Positions 24,141 through 37,175 of a stretch of DNA of 64,000 bases are shown here, one piece after another. The notes under the pieces are model-generated. The model was not told the origin of the DNA, searched no databases, and was given only the letters and a program-made list of their open reading frames with translations. The translations under genes and the position numbers were made by a program. Position 1 is the first letter of the stretch, and each line of letters starts with the position of its first letter. This DNA is from Vicugna vicugna (lineage: Eukaryota): NCBI GenBank assembly GCA_013265495.1, contig MU057560.1, positions 1,190,753-1,254,752 of the forward strand, read 5' to 3'.

Positions 24141-25629
24141 CTGGGGCCCTCTCTTCATCCTCCTGGGTCTCTCTCAGATGCTCCTGGACGAAGTTTTGAA
24201 CCACCCCCACCTGCCCACTGCTGTCCAGTCAGCAGAGCGCACGTCCTGCGGTCCGTCAACAGCTCAGATCATTTCCCCTCACTTTCCAGTAAGGTTCCCT
24301 GTCTCTCTCCACCGGTTCTTGGTTGTATCACAGCAGATCCACCCATATCGTCGTGTGGGGTTGCAGTAGCCTTTGTTGGTTTCAGATTATTCTTTTTGAG
24401 AATTAATTGAATTGTGTGATGAAGAAAGGTCCTCTTGAGATTCTGCCTTTAACTCCATCCTGAATTCTGTCTTGCAGGGCGAGGCAGAACTTTATGGGGT
24501 CTTTCCCCACTGCTTTTTTTGTTTGTTTGTTTGGAATGAGGGTTACTGAGGAGATCCCTGTGCACTTTTCTGCTCCCCGAGGAATAGAATCCCTGCAGTG
24601 ATCAACCCCTCGTGACATATGTGTTTCTCTGAGTTTAGCGTAAAGAACATAAGCTGATTTATAAAGCCACCTCACAACCACAACCCAGAACCAACTGTCA
24701 GTCACACTGGAGCAAAAGCCAGAATATCAGCATCCTCCAAGTCAGCTCTCTGCCCGGGGAGGCTGAAGCCCTTCAGCACCCCGGAAGCGCAGCACGCTGG
24801 GGTGAGGACGGGGCGGGGTGGGGCGGCCCGGACCATGGCTGGTTTGTCTGGTGGCTTACTGCAAAAAGCGAGGGCGTTAGACAGGGTTTCGTGCCAGTTC
24901 TTCTAGAATGGTCAGTTATAAGAGACTTCAGTCTCTGTAAGAGTGATCGTTGAAAATACAGTTGATTATCGATTAAGACTCCTGGGAGTAATTCAGTGAA
25001 TGAGTAATGAATGTTCGTAGCGTTCCTTCCGTGTACCCACACCTGAACGAGGCTCAGGGGACTAGAGGAAAGCGACTGGGGTGCATGCTTGTCACTCAAG
25101 ACTGGATCTAATACTGTGACGCCTCAACTTTCATGCTAATTTCTAAGATCATTTGTATTTTTGTTCCTTAGCAATTATTCGATATTAAAACACATTAAAA
25201 GGTGGCCATTTCTTACGTTCATAGTAATTCATTTTTTTATTCTTCTATTCAGTATTCTTTATCATGAATTTGTTTCATTTAAGAGTCTAGATGAATAAAT
25301 TATGTATATTGATTAAGCGAGTAGTCACATTCCAAAATTCCACAGGAGCAGGGCAATTATCTTTCTCTTTCATTTTAGTGTCCCACCTTAGGTTGTTTTT
25401 TGTTAGATTTCTTTTTTGACAGTTGTAATTTTTTTTCTCAAAATATAAATAAAGGATGCTCTTTCTAAAGAATTTAGATTATTCGAATAAGTGTAAAAAT
25501 AAGTGTTAAAAGTACCACTTATAATCTCCACAGCCAGTGATTTTTATTAAATGCAGCTGGGTAACCTTTTCAGTTTCTTAGGAAAAACATTTTAGGAAAA
25601 AAGTTTCAGGGAAAAAAAAGTTTGTTTCC

Positions 25630-25880
25630 ATATAGTGAAGTATTTCCCCCCCAAAGCAGCTATAATGTACATATAAATTGGCATCTTTTTTGAAGTATCG
25701 TGGGCAATTGCTCCTGCCACAAAGTAACTTTCTACGTTGAGTTCAATGCTGCATAACATCCCATGTTATCATATGTGCTACCTACTTTCTTTTAAAATGT
25801 TTAGAACGCTTTCCTCCTTGTTGCTGTCACAAATAACGCCAGATAAAAATGCTGTCCATGTGTCTTTATTTAAATAACTT
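25630..25880 (-). mobile_element. Ancient L1 (L1ME-like) remnant
   Basis: 'ttcctccttgttgctgtcacaaataacgccagataaaaatgctgtccatgtgtcttt' resembles antisense L1 'ttccagtttttggctattatgaataatgctgctatgaacattcttgtacatgtcttt'. Confidence 0.5.
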
Positions 25881-25918
25881 ACTGTTTTCTTAGAACAGGA
25901 GGAATGCTGGTTAGAAAG

Positions 25919-26336
25919 CATAGTCAGTTGAAGACTGTCCCCTAAACCTTCAAGTTCACTTGGAACCTCAGAATGTGACCTTATTTGGAAACAGATCTCT
26001 GTGGACATGACTAATCTGGGGGCCTCAAGCTGTGATCATGGTGGGCTTAGGGTGGCCGTAGCCCCAGTGACCCGTGTCCTTGAGGGTAAGAGAGGAGAAG
26101 ACAGAGAGACAGGGAAGAGGCCAGGTGAAGTCGGCGGCAGAGGTTAAAGTAACGTGACCACGAACCAGGGAGCGGCTGGAGACACCAGAAGCTGGAAAAG
26201 TCAAGAAAGACCCTCCCAGCCCCGCCTGCCCGTGACTGTGGGCTCCGCCTTTCAGAACCGTGGAAGAATGACGTTCTGCCGCTTGCACCGCTGAGTTTCT
26301 GGTGCTTAGTTACAGCAGCCACAGGAAACTAACGCA
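25919..26336 (+). mobile_element. MaLR solo LTR (MLT1C/D-like)
   Basis: 'gaacctcagaatgtgaccttatttggaaa...caccagaagctggaaaagtcaagaaaga...ttagttacagcagccacaggaaactaac' are typical MLT1 motifs. Confidence 0.85.
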
Positions 26337-26869
26337 GGAAGCATGGCTTTCCCTCCGGAGTTTGTAATTATATGCCTACCATGTTTTCAGAAGAATTTTA
26401 CCTGTTTATTCCAGTTTTTTCTCTGCCGTGATTAAGAACTATTATCCACCAGCTAACCAAAAATGCGCGTTTGACGTAGAAATAATGCTCTCCATCACTT
26501 CTGTGTGTTTGGGTCTGACTAGAGAGTTGAATGAGTGACAGGACCCTAGATTCTAATGACTGTGAGGTCATAGACACGACCCTAAAACAGTCACTGAGTA
26601 TTTATTAAGGCTTACGCTTCGGGGATGGACAGGTAGATACACACATTAGCCAACAGTCTGCCTAGAGCGATACCTGAGTTAATCATTACAGGATACAATG
26701 TGCCAAGGACAAAAAGCCCCGCCCTCCAGAACGGCACTGCTTCCCGCGGGGGAAGAGGAGGAAAAAGACACCGAAGGCAGCACTGCGCCACTGCCGTACT
26801 GTCAGCGCTGCCTCTGTGCTCGTGGCCCCCGGACTCCCAGACTCCTTTCCTCATCTCTACATGCGTGCA

Positions 26870-27650
26870 TCCAACGTGACTTGGCTTCTCACTTGCCTAA
26901 CGAACATCTCAAACTCAGCGTAACATTAAATGAACTCACACTCTCCCCACAAACCCACTTCAGTGGCAAACATCCCTCTCTGCTGAAGGCAACACAGCCC
27001 TCCAGCTGGCTTAGCCCCAGAGCAAAGCTCAGAGCCAGCTTTTACCCTCCCGCCTCTCCGCGTTAATCTCCAGTGTACTGCGGTCTCCAGTGTCTAAGTG
27101 GATGCAGAATTTGACCACTCAGCTCCCCCTCTGCTTCTGAGACGATGGTCCAGGACACCATGCACCTCCAGCCCAGGGACCTGCCCTCGTCCGCTAACCA
27201 AGCTCACGTCTATGTCTCCATCATACCTCAGGCTCACTGTAACGGCCAAAGGCAGACCATGTGGGACGACCTTGACTCANNNNNNNNNNNNNNNNNNNNN
27301 NNNNNNNNNNNNNNNNNNNNNNNNNNNNNNNNNNNNNNNNNNNNNNNNNNNNNNNNNNNNNNNNNNNNNNNNNNNNNNNNNNNNNNNNNNNNNNNNNNNN
27401 NNNNNNNNNNNNNNNNNNNNNNNNNNNNNNCTGCAATCTCCAGTCTTCTCCCCTTGTTCTTTTTTTTTTTTTAATGACAGTATCACTTTGTAACATTTGG
27501 GAATCATGCTGTTGGCTTATTGTCTGCATCCTGTGATGTAATCTAAGCTTGGCTACACTAATGTATTTTTTTCTTTTATCTTATCGCTAGCTTGGTAGTG
27601 TCTAGAATAGCATCTGGAGCACTGTTCTCTTATGAATAAATATTTGCTGA
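26870..27650 (+). mobile_element. L2 fragment spanning the assembly gap
   Basis: 'aacatctcaaactcagc...aatgaactc...gaatttgaccact' on the left and the L2 tail 'gtgtctagaatagcatctgg...tgaataaatatttgctga' on the right. Confidence 0.65.
27280..27430. other. Assembly gap (151 N)
   Basis: Run of n characters. Confidence 1.
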
Positions 27651-27754
27651 GACAGCAGGACAGAGCCACGCTTCAGCACTTACATGGTAAACCAGGACTA
27701 CGTGCAAAGCTCAGGCGGTCCGTGCTTCCAGCTGCCTCAGGCCAAGAGCCTTAC

Positions 27755-27912
27755 GATGAGCCTTTAGATTTTTATAATCATGGGGGAACTTTAAAAATAA
27801 TTGCAAATGTCTGGGCCCCACCCCAGGCCAACTGACTCCGAATCTCTGGGTGTGCGGCCCAGGCGCGGGCGCTGAGTGACTTTCAGATGCATCCTGAGTT
27901 ACGAGCCGCTGC
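27755..27912 (+). mobile_element. MER5-like (hAT-Charlie) element
   Basis: 'aatcatgggggaactttaaaaa...ctgggccccaccccagg...gaatctctgggtgtgcggcccagg...tgagttacgagccgctg' resembles MER5A/B. Confidence 0.65.
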
Positions 27913-29264
27913 CTTAGGTCCACGGGGCCTAAAACCCACTCATGTCTGCTGCTCCCGCGTCGCTCAGGGACTCGGGGAAAAGCAGCCACACACTTCAGCA
28001 GGGTAGGGATGAGCCCGCAACTGGGTTGGGTAAGACCAAGGCCCTAAATGTGCGCACAGAAGCCGCGGGGCTTCTGACCCTCAGTTAAAGCCGATTAAAG
28101 TTGTTATTTATTCTCCTCTGTCTCGAGGGCACATTGAATCTGCGATTCTCACCTCTAGGTTCACTCATTTAAAATGCTCTCTTTCCAGCCACCTCCCAGC
28201 TTGTGCACCACCAGTGAAATAAGATGCTTTTCCCCGGGGAAATGTTTGAGCTTTGAATGCATGTGCTAACAGGCACCCAGACGTGGACTGGGCATGCCCC
28301 TGAGTTCTAGCCACTTAGTCTGCTCTGAATGCTTCCCATACCCCGACATGACGGAGGCAAGGAAAACACAAATGACAGCCATCTGCTCTGGGTTACTGAG
28401 CGCCTCTCCGGGTCTTATTCTCTTAGACTTGCGAAGACCCTAGCCTCGCTCTCCTTCCCCTGGCCTCCCACCTCACTCTCCCTCCTCCCCACCACCTGAG
28501 TAGCCCAGGGGTGTCTCCCTCCTAGCATTTGATGTCCATGACTTAGCCATACGAGAGGTTTCATCCTGCTGCACAGAGAGTTTGTGGGAGAAACCCTCCT
28601 CCTGACTTGATTATTCAAGTTTAGAGCGTCAGGCTCTAAGGTGACTTGTCGCTGGTTTGCAGCAAAGCTGTGACTAAAGGCAGGCAGCAGTTTCACACAG
28701 CCGGTCAGTGGCAGAGTCACAGGGAAGCCTCCGTCCCCGATTCCTTGTGAAGGCAGAGGCAGGGACAGCTCTGAGTTCCCTCGGACCCGTCCCAGTTTCG
28801 CTGTGCCAGCAGAGCAGTGGCCGGTGCCAGATCTCTCTGATTTCTGTGCTAAGACAAATTTTTTTTGAATATTGAATCAGGAAGGTATTTAATGAGTTCT
28901 GATGTCATCTCATAGCAAAATGTGCCTGTTTGGTGACTCAGAGCGTCTGACTCTGTTTTGAAGGTGTCTTTTGTTTTTGATTTTCTAGCTGACACTTCTT
29001 TTGATCTTGTCTGCAACAGACATGAAGACCCCTCAAATGGCATTATATGTGGGTGTGTTGAGTCTAAAAGTTGCGTGTCAATGGCCTCTGCTTCCTTTAA
29101 CCAGAGTTCTGTTTTCCCAGAAATGATCACACAGTCAGTCCAGAGGACTTCAGGGTTACCTGGTATCTGAAAGGCCTGTCCCCTTCTGCTAGACTGGAAG
29201 CTTGAGGGGAATGTGCTCTGGGCTGCCTGTCTGTATGCACACACATATGTGTGCAGGTGTATGG

Positions 29265-29270
<6 letters not shown>

Positions 29271-29299
<29 letters not shown>
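29271..29299 (+). repeat. (GT)n microsatellite, about 14 units
   Basis: Directly visible. Confidence 0.95.
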
Positions 29300-29301
<2 letters not shown>

Positions 29302-29569
29302 AAAGTAAGCCGTCACCTGCTTTGCTTTGTGTTCAAGCTTTTAATAATGCCCTACATCTGACAGCCAGTTTTGTTCATCCCTCGGGTTGAATGTTAGGGC
29401 TCTACTGTGACGGGTTTTGCTGGGACTCCGGTGCCTGTCTCCCAGGGGAGGGACGCCCCTGTCCTGTCCTTCAAGGTTGTATGTTGCAGCCCTTCCTACC
29501 AGCTGTCCCTTGAACTGAGTGTGATGAGAACTGTCCTCAGCTCCACGAGGTTATCAAACCCGTAAAGCC

Positions 29570-29760
29570 TGTGCGCTTTGGCCCAGGAACCCCAAACCCA
29601 AAGACGTTCCTGGGAAAACCACCAGGGATACGGGCAGAGATGCAGTGATAAGGGTCTTTAGCGTAAATACCTCCCACTAGAGAACTGGTTAAGTAAACTA
29701 TAGCCTGTCACCTCTGAACGCGGGGATACTTTTAAAATAATTAAATATGAGAACATAGGA
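29570..29760 (+). mobile_element. Ancient L1 (L1ME-like) remnant
   Basis: 'ttggcccaggaacccca...gagaactggttaagtaaactatag' resembles L1ME 'ttgacccagcaattccac...ggactggttaaataaattatgg'. Confidence 0.4.
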
Positions 29761-30592
29761 AACTAGTGAAAAGAGATGTAAAGCACGTGGGCGTGCATGC
29801 TGTCTTACAGGGAAGGAGAGCTCCGCCCGCCAGTGCTGGGGCCCTGCATTCACCAGTCAGTTACTAGACTCGGTCATGGCGGGACCTCACAATGACTATA
29901 AGCATTTTGACGTTTGAAGACATGTCCTTCAGACTCACTCACAATCTACGTACAACCTCCAAGGCCTTTGGTTTGAGTGCAAGATGAGGGTGGAACTCCA
30001 TCTTCTTGTTATCTTTTTTGGCATAAATTTTGAGATACTAGTTTGCCTGTAACTTTAAATTTTGAGTTTCTTTAAAACAGAGTAGGGACAGAATGGATCT
30101 TCAGGAAATGTGAGCACGAATACATATTAAACTTAGATTTTCTTCTCCAGTCTCTGGAGTTGTCTTGCTGACACATTTTTGAACACTGATCTCCCTTCCC
30201 TCTGCTCATGGATGGAGGTGTGGTCTCCAGGGTCACAGAGCTCGGGGGCGGGGGTGGGGGGACCTAAGAGCTTGTGATCTGCACCAAACACTCCAGGAGG
30301 AATAAAAACCCCTCTCCTGACCATTCTGCAGACATCGGCTCCACGCCTGCCACTCGTCAGGTACAAACGACGGGGCCACTGATTATTTGGGGACCAGATT
30401 AAGAGACAGTGATACAAGTTCCAGGCCCACCCGAAGGGCATCCCCATATTCTGTTAATCCTTGAGTCCGTGAAATATATAGCCTCTTGCCTGTGTGCATT
30501 TTCCAGATCTCACAGACCAGATGCAGCAAGGAGAGAAAGACTTTCTCATGAAATAGCTGGCATTTTCCCCCAGTATCTATCGGATGGGGTCA

Positions 30593-30672
30593 TTTTTTTT
30601 TTATTGACGTATAGTCGGTTTATAATTCTGTGTTAATTTCTGGCGTGCAGCATCGTGAGTCAGTCACACATC
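30593..30672 (-). mobile_element. Very short L1 3' terminal fragment
   Basis: T-tract plus 'attgacgtatagtcggtttataattctgtgttaatttctggcgtgcagcatcgtgagtcagt', the same terminus as the element at 2582. Confidence 0.75.
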
Positions 30673-31679
30673 TGAAGGGAGAGGAAGCTCTGGCAGATAG
30701 GAGTGGGCTGGCGCCCAGCAGGCGGCCTCAGCATCCTGCTCCTAGCTCTGCAGTTCGGTGCTCTGTAGCCCTAAGCAAACCACTTGCAGGGCCATCCTGA
30801 TGCCCTCAAGCGTGCCTCACCTGCTGTTTCTCACCCAAACACTCTGAGGCTCCTTGGGAAATGGCTCAAGGCCTGGTTTTGCCAGTGACTGCCTGAGGCC
30901 AAAGCCTAGTCTCCTTCAAGCAGCAGAAAGCTCTGCCTCTCCTGAGCGGTCAAAAGACTGAACGCTTTGAAACGCAAACCCATCAGTCGGGACGGTCCCT
31001 CATCCTTCCCCCTCAACCGGGACTTTACTGGGTTCTCTCTCTTTCCCCTCACAGCCCCGTCTGAGGGAGGTCTGCCCGTGGAGGGTGGGGGAGAAAAGTA
31101 AAAGCAAGAGACGGGGAAACACACCGGTTTGGGCCGTCCGGGGATCTTCACATTCTGACAATGCCTTAAATGCCCTTTCAGACTTTCGGAGCCGAAAGGG
31201 ACCTGAGTCCAGGCAGAGGGCTGGGCTGGATGGCTACGGGAGAGACGCGATGTCAGCGCAGGACTGCCAGCCGGTGCCGCCGCGGGACGGAGCTCTGCCG
31301 TCAGAGAGCCTGCGCTCCGGTGGGAGGAATCTGAGAAACTTAATTAACATCTCTTCCTTCATGTCCGCATCCATTACATGGGGGTCATATCTGACCTTGA
31401 GAAGCCGTTGGCAGGAGAACTATGCCCACCGCACAGCGGTCACCCACAGATTGTTAACAGAATGCCGTTGTCCCAACCGTGAAGGCCGGGGCCTCCGAGG
31501 CCTCCAGACTCCAGTGCGGAGCAGCCCACGGTGCAGAGCAGAGCGGCTGGGCCGTCCTTCCTCCCCTGCGCTCCTCCCCAGACCACTGGTGCAGACGCCT
31601 GAGCTCCTCCTCAGCCTCCGCCCTCTACCAAAGCGAACTCAAGTGTCTAAACGCCCACCAAGCTGGAAATGATGCGATG

Positions 31680-31810
31680 ATAAAACATAAAAGGGATCTT
31701 CCACATCACTTGATCCAATCTCTTCATTTCACGGAAAGAAAACTGAGGTCCAGGTGTTGGCTCTGACTTTCCAAATGTCCCTTTGTGTGGCCTGGAACCT
31801 CAGGTTCCCT
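31680..31810 (-). mobile_element. MIR-family remnant
   Basis: 'atccaatctcttcatttcacggaaagaaaactgaggtccagg...tgactttccaaatgtc'. Confidence 0.6.
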
Positions 31811-32842
31811 GGTGTTTTGTTTTGTTTTGTTGTTTTGTTTTGTTTCCTTTTTTAATTAAAATGCAGAAAATGGTCTCTAAGTGTCCATGTTGAAGTCCTG
31901 AAGCAGTGTCTCCTCCCTGCTTCTCTCTCATCCTCTGAGAGCCAGGTTTCCGGAAGCCTCTTTATGTTGCAGAAAAAATTCTGTAAGAGATTATTCAGCA
32001 GTGAGTCGGGCAGTGAGGGTGGGAGCGTTGCGGGGTGCGACAGATCCATAAAAACATATCATGGAAATGAAGTCCTCTTCAAAAGGTCAAGCCTTCCCCA
32101 TTCAAAAGGCTCCCAGTGCTGAGTCGGGGAGCGATTTGCTAGAGAACTGTTAGCATAAAACACTTGTCCAGAAGAAGCCGACTTCCTCGTATTAATGCTT
32201 CTCTTTCTGGGAACTGGCATTGCTGCACATGGGACCCCTTAATTCTACTTGCTACCCTTTTAAGTTCTTAGCAGGTGTTTTCATCTATTTAGCAGAATAG
32301 GACGTTGAAAATTAGGAATGCAAAGAATGCAGAGATTTCAAACTTAGAAAATTTACATCTTTCCTTAGTGTGAAGGAAAGAGTCTCAAAAACCAAGACTC
32401 TGAACAGCAGGCGACAGAGCTGGGGTCTGGGGCTTGTGCCCTGGGCCCGGGAAGGCACACTTGGTCTGATCTCCTCTCGGCCGTGGGCTTGGAGGGCTCC
32501 TGTATCCACACTTCCTGAGCAGTTCTTTGAAATGTGCATCAAATGTGAACAAGGTCGGACACCAACTCTGGGCTGGAGACCAGGATTCACAGTTCCCTCT
32601 TCAGGCTCACCTTGACTGCTGGGGTCTCGGCGCGCCTCCAACCGGGGACCAGCAACAGGAAGAGCCGACGGGCTGGAGACGAGCGCCCAAGAGGCAAGCA
32701 GTGCAGCCTTCAGGGGACGAGGACGCCCCCTACTGTCCAGGTCCCGGGACAAGTCAGCCCCTGACCAGCTGCCGTTTGAGCCCTTACCTGGAGGGGGGAC
32801 ACATCCACGGGGTCCCTGGCTGCCAGACACTTCCTCGCTGTG

Positions 32843-33150
32843 TGTCGTGGGCTGAGCGTTGTGTCCACCCGAAACTCACACGGTGCGGCCCGACCCCCGA
32901 GGGCGATGACTGAGGGAGGTCCTGAGGGCAGGCCCTCGTCCCCCTGATGGAGACACCTGAGCGCCCTCTCCACCAGGCGGGGACACGGTGAGGGGCGGGC
33001 CGTCTGTGAGCCGGGAGGGAAGCCCCCCGAGCTCCCCAGAGCTGACACCCTGCTCGTGGAGTGTGGGCACCCGGACGGGGACACATCGGTGTCTGCTGCG
33101 CAAGCCGCCCGGTGCCTGGTGTTCGCGTGGCCGCCAAGCTGACTGAGATG
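32843..33150 (+). mobile_element. MaLR solo LTR (MLT1A-like), unusually GC/CpG-rich
   Basis: 'tgtcgtgggctgagcgttgtgtccacccgaaactcacacg...ggacacggtgagg...ccgtctgtgagccggga...gctgacaccctg...aagctgactgagatg' follows the MLT1A layout. Confidence 0.75.
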
Positions 33151-36100
33151 CGGTGTGCCCAAGGTCTAAGCCCAGCGTGTCCTGTGTCACCTCGATCACG
33201 TAGCCGCAGCCACAGCCCCTCACAACGCAGGTCATCTCAAAGCCCGCTTCGTTGTTTACCAAAGTCAGCTGTTTACCTAAATGCGCCACCCTGGTGTCTT
33301 TCCTGGGCTGTGCACCTGGAGGTCGAGCAGCCTGGACCGTCCCTGCATTTCCCTTGAGAGGTAAAGGGTGATGGACGGACCCTCAAGGCCTCTCCACCCC
33401 AGACAAACTCCTCTCAATGTATTCCTTTGTCACCAAGAATAAACCTTTCTTCAAGAGTGAAAGAGGAATAGCCCTTACGTTTCAAAGTCCCTTCAGAAGG
33501 CTTTTGTGTTCATTCTCAAGAGAGGGGAAACGGGCCAGCCATTCAGGGGCTTTCTCCTAAAAAGGGAGGGGTGTGTGCAGGCTCATCCTCGTCTTCGGCT
33601 CTGTGGGGCATTAATCCATTTTAGATCAATAGCTATTGGTTAATGATTAGCCACTGGTATTTCCCATTAAAACAGAATTAGACTGTCACCCAGAAAATAA
33701 TATTTGAACCGTGTTTCAATTTCCGAGAAATCTACAGCAAGGGCAGAATATTAATGAGACTATGCTTTGGGGGCTGAAGCTAAAGTTATAAATATTTCCT
33801 CAGGATATATTATATAAGACGATTCTGTTACTGATGAGGCATGAATGTTTCTAATGGCATATTCTGTAGGGTGATTTATTTTGATTGTCACTCAGGGACC
33901 TGTTATTACAGAGAGTTAGGACGGGTCACTGCATTAGAAAATTAAAGCTGATGAAAGGCATTCATTTTCAGCCTGTTTATGAATTCAGGCATTTGGGATA
34001 AAGAGATGCTGACTGTACATAAATCCCGCTTGACCATTAATTCAGCACTGACTGCATCTGGTGTTAAAGATGCTCAGAGCCGTGCAGGCACGCAGCTCTG
34101 GCTGCCGGGGTCTCCTGCACCAGCCACGGCTGCCTCTGGCCAGGGTGCCAGGATGCGGACAGGACGCGATGCCGCTCACCTGGAGGACCTGACTCTCTTT
34201 GGTTACAGCCAGGTAGGTTCGATGTTGCCTGTCCAGGACAGAGCCAGAAGGGGATAAGGGAAGACAGCTGGCGTTTATCAGACCCTGGTAGATGGTGACC
34301 ACGTTGTACGTTGTTTCCCACGGCTGGCTCACCCTACTTCTGATGTCTCCTAAGCTTGGTAAATTTCCCTGCTTTAAAAACAGAACTTCAGAGAGATTAA
34401 ATTGGAGAATTTTGCACAGTTAATAAAACACAATGCCAGAAATAATTTAGTTTGTCATGGAAAAAAAGACACTTTGTATTACTTTGGGTTTTTTGCCCTT
34501 TCATGGTAGATGTTGCATTGTTAGTTGTCTAAGAACAGAAATAGCATTAATAGAGCAGGTTCTTATATAACACCTATATTGTGGCCTTAAATCCTAGATT
34601 TGATTTTTTCTGTTGGTCAGATAGGGCCCTGGGCATGTGTAGAAGGTGGGGGGGAGACGGGAGGGGGACAGAATGACAAACGTCCAGGACTCAAGCCAGA
34701 GTTTTGAATGGAGCCCACCAGCTCGATAAATCCTCTGAGCTTACACAATAGAAAAAAATACATAGCTGCATCTTGGAGATCAGATATGCAATTAGGCACT
34801 CTAATTTTTGCTTAAATGAACCCGTCTTTTGTGTGTGCTGAAAGGAACAAATTGCCTGCCATGTACGCCTAGGCAGTTTCCAATGCAGAGTAAGAAAAGT
34901 GAGATGTCAGAAGCTGTCTCCGCTATTTACACCATCACCAGATTAAAAAGGAATTGTGTACATGCAAATGAGGGTGCAGGTGTCTGCCACGTGGAGATTA
35001 CCCAAATTATACCCAGTAGGTCTAGAAAAACTGTTCCTTTCCTGTCATCGGAACTATACAAAGCTTCAAGGTTTGAGAAACTGGCTCTTCAATTTACAGC
35101 TGTTTTAGCGAGAAAGCAGACCCACCAGCCCTCCAGCCTCTGAATTTGCGGACGGTCCGTTTTGTTGAAGACCTAACTGGATTGCTCCTCTTGGCGAAGC
35201 ATGGGTTCCTCTTGCTTGTACACAGGTAATATGCTGTATTTAGGCAACAGGTTTTTCATTTCATCTAACAGGTAATTCTTGAATTGTTCAATCATTGGTT
35301 TCTACTAACAAATCTAAATTTGGCTCTTAATTTACCACTGCAAATTAATCACGGTGGTAGCAAATTTAAAATCCCAGCATCTCATTGGCTTTGGTCAAAA
35401 AGGTTGAAAATTGTACTGCTACCTCTTTGAGTTGCTGAGCCCACAGCAAATGTTCAAACGCTGTCTTCCCTGTTCAAATGTTGCTTTGATTCCGTATTTA
35501 ACTGACCGGTTCTGGACCTTTACACTGCACATGTCACTGCTCAGTTACCACTGAAGGATGGGGGCGTGAACGTCACAGCCACCAATCAGAGGCGCCCTTG
35601 GGTACTCTTAGTTTTACTTGCTGTGTTTATTTCCTAAAATGGTGACTCCTTAAAAATCCCACCAGGGATCATCTGCGATATTCTTCTGAATTTTCCTTAA
35701 AGAAAAGCTGTTAAAAATGGGGACCTTTTCTAATTCGGGGACAGTGGCATTGGGGAATGGGGTCATCTGCATCACTCGGCTAAATGTGCCAGCCTCGCTG
35801 GCTTTCTCTCCAGATTATCAAGCGTTATCTGCTCTGCCAAACTGTCTTTTCCTCCCTAACTTCTTCGTCTCCATCTGCAGAAAACCTGTTCCTCTGGCCC
35901 ATCCTGTTCTAAGCCTCCTGTCCTACCTGACAACCGCTTTTCTCTCTGTCGCCTGGCTGTCTCTGCATCCCGAGGCCTAACGAGCAACCCTTTAAGTTGT
36001 CCCCTGGACTCGTGATGCTCCCTGCGTCTCTGCTGCTCTGGAGCTGTGCCGTGTCACTCCCAGGGCACAGCTCTGCAGGGGCCGCTCCTGCTCCCCACGG

Positions 36101-37175
36101 CCCCTGCCTGCACGGAGGCCCCTCCGTCTGTCCCACTTGGGGTTTTCCCCATTGACGCCCTCCAGTGTGCCTCGGGGCCTTCCCTCATGGCTCTTACTCT
36201 TGCGGTCCCGTGTCTCGGGTCCACCAGCTCTTCTCAGCACTTGCCTTCCCCGCCGGCCTTGTTGCTGGGGCTCCTGTACTGAAGGGCTTTATCCTACATT
36301 CAGGCGTGTGTGTATTTCATTTGTATTTTTTCGCACTAAGTAAATAATGCACAGTTGAATAACAAGACACTTCATTCACCTTTTTTTTTTTTTTTTTTTT
36401 CTCCTAATGTCTGATCCTAGCCCACGAGCCGGTAAACTGGGAGATGGACTGACACGCAAGCCCGTGACTCGGACACTGTGTGCTCAGGACTGTGTGAGGA
36501 TGAGACAAGACGTGGGGGCAGAGCAGAGGAAGGCTGCTCCAGCCAGCTTGACGAAGGCTGGGCTGGGGTTTAGCCAGTGTGGGTTTCTGATGAGTGAGAA
36601 AGCCAGGCAGATTCTCAGGAAATCGGCATCACCAGCCAGCCGTGTGCAGTCACTGCCGGCCCGACCGCGCTGGACCACTTGCTGGACGGGATGAGTCGGC
36701 GTGTGAACCCCTGCGACACTGGGAAGGCAGCAAACATCTGTACGAGAAGGTCTCTTTCCTTCTACTTTTTTTTCCTCTAAGTAAATGGGATCACATAAAA
36801 CTCCATTCTCTGTTTCTCTACAAAGTCTTGGCTAAACTAGCAACTACGCCTGCCTTTCAGCTGCTTTTAGAAGCTGCCATTCTGTTTATTATCAGGTGGG
36901 AAGCGCTGACTGCGGCATGATCACCAACTTTAGGCTCAGGGAGATCTAGGCTCTCCTCTGAGGGCCCTGGGCTTCTCCGAGGTTCCCCAAGGAAAGGGAG
37001 GTGGAGCACTGACACCAGGAAGTCTCTCTGGGACCAAAGGTTCTACTGAATGTGAGTCTTCGGTGTGAGCCCCTGCGCCCAAGCGCCCGCGCTGTTAGCA
37101 CCAGCACTCCCGCTTCAGGCTCTGGCTTGTGCAGCGTCAGTGCGGGAAGTCAGTCTTTCGGCTTTTTCCCCAATT

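Noticed and set aside
23273..24410. 173-aa and 166-aa ORFs
   Set aside because: No recognisable domain, and the second runs through a MIR remnant.
27098..27529. ORFs containing long X runs
   Set aside because: Artefacts of the N gap.
31085..31672. 195-aa ORF
   Set aside because: GTG start, no recognisable protein family and no convincing splice boundaries.
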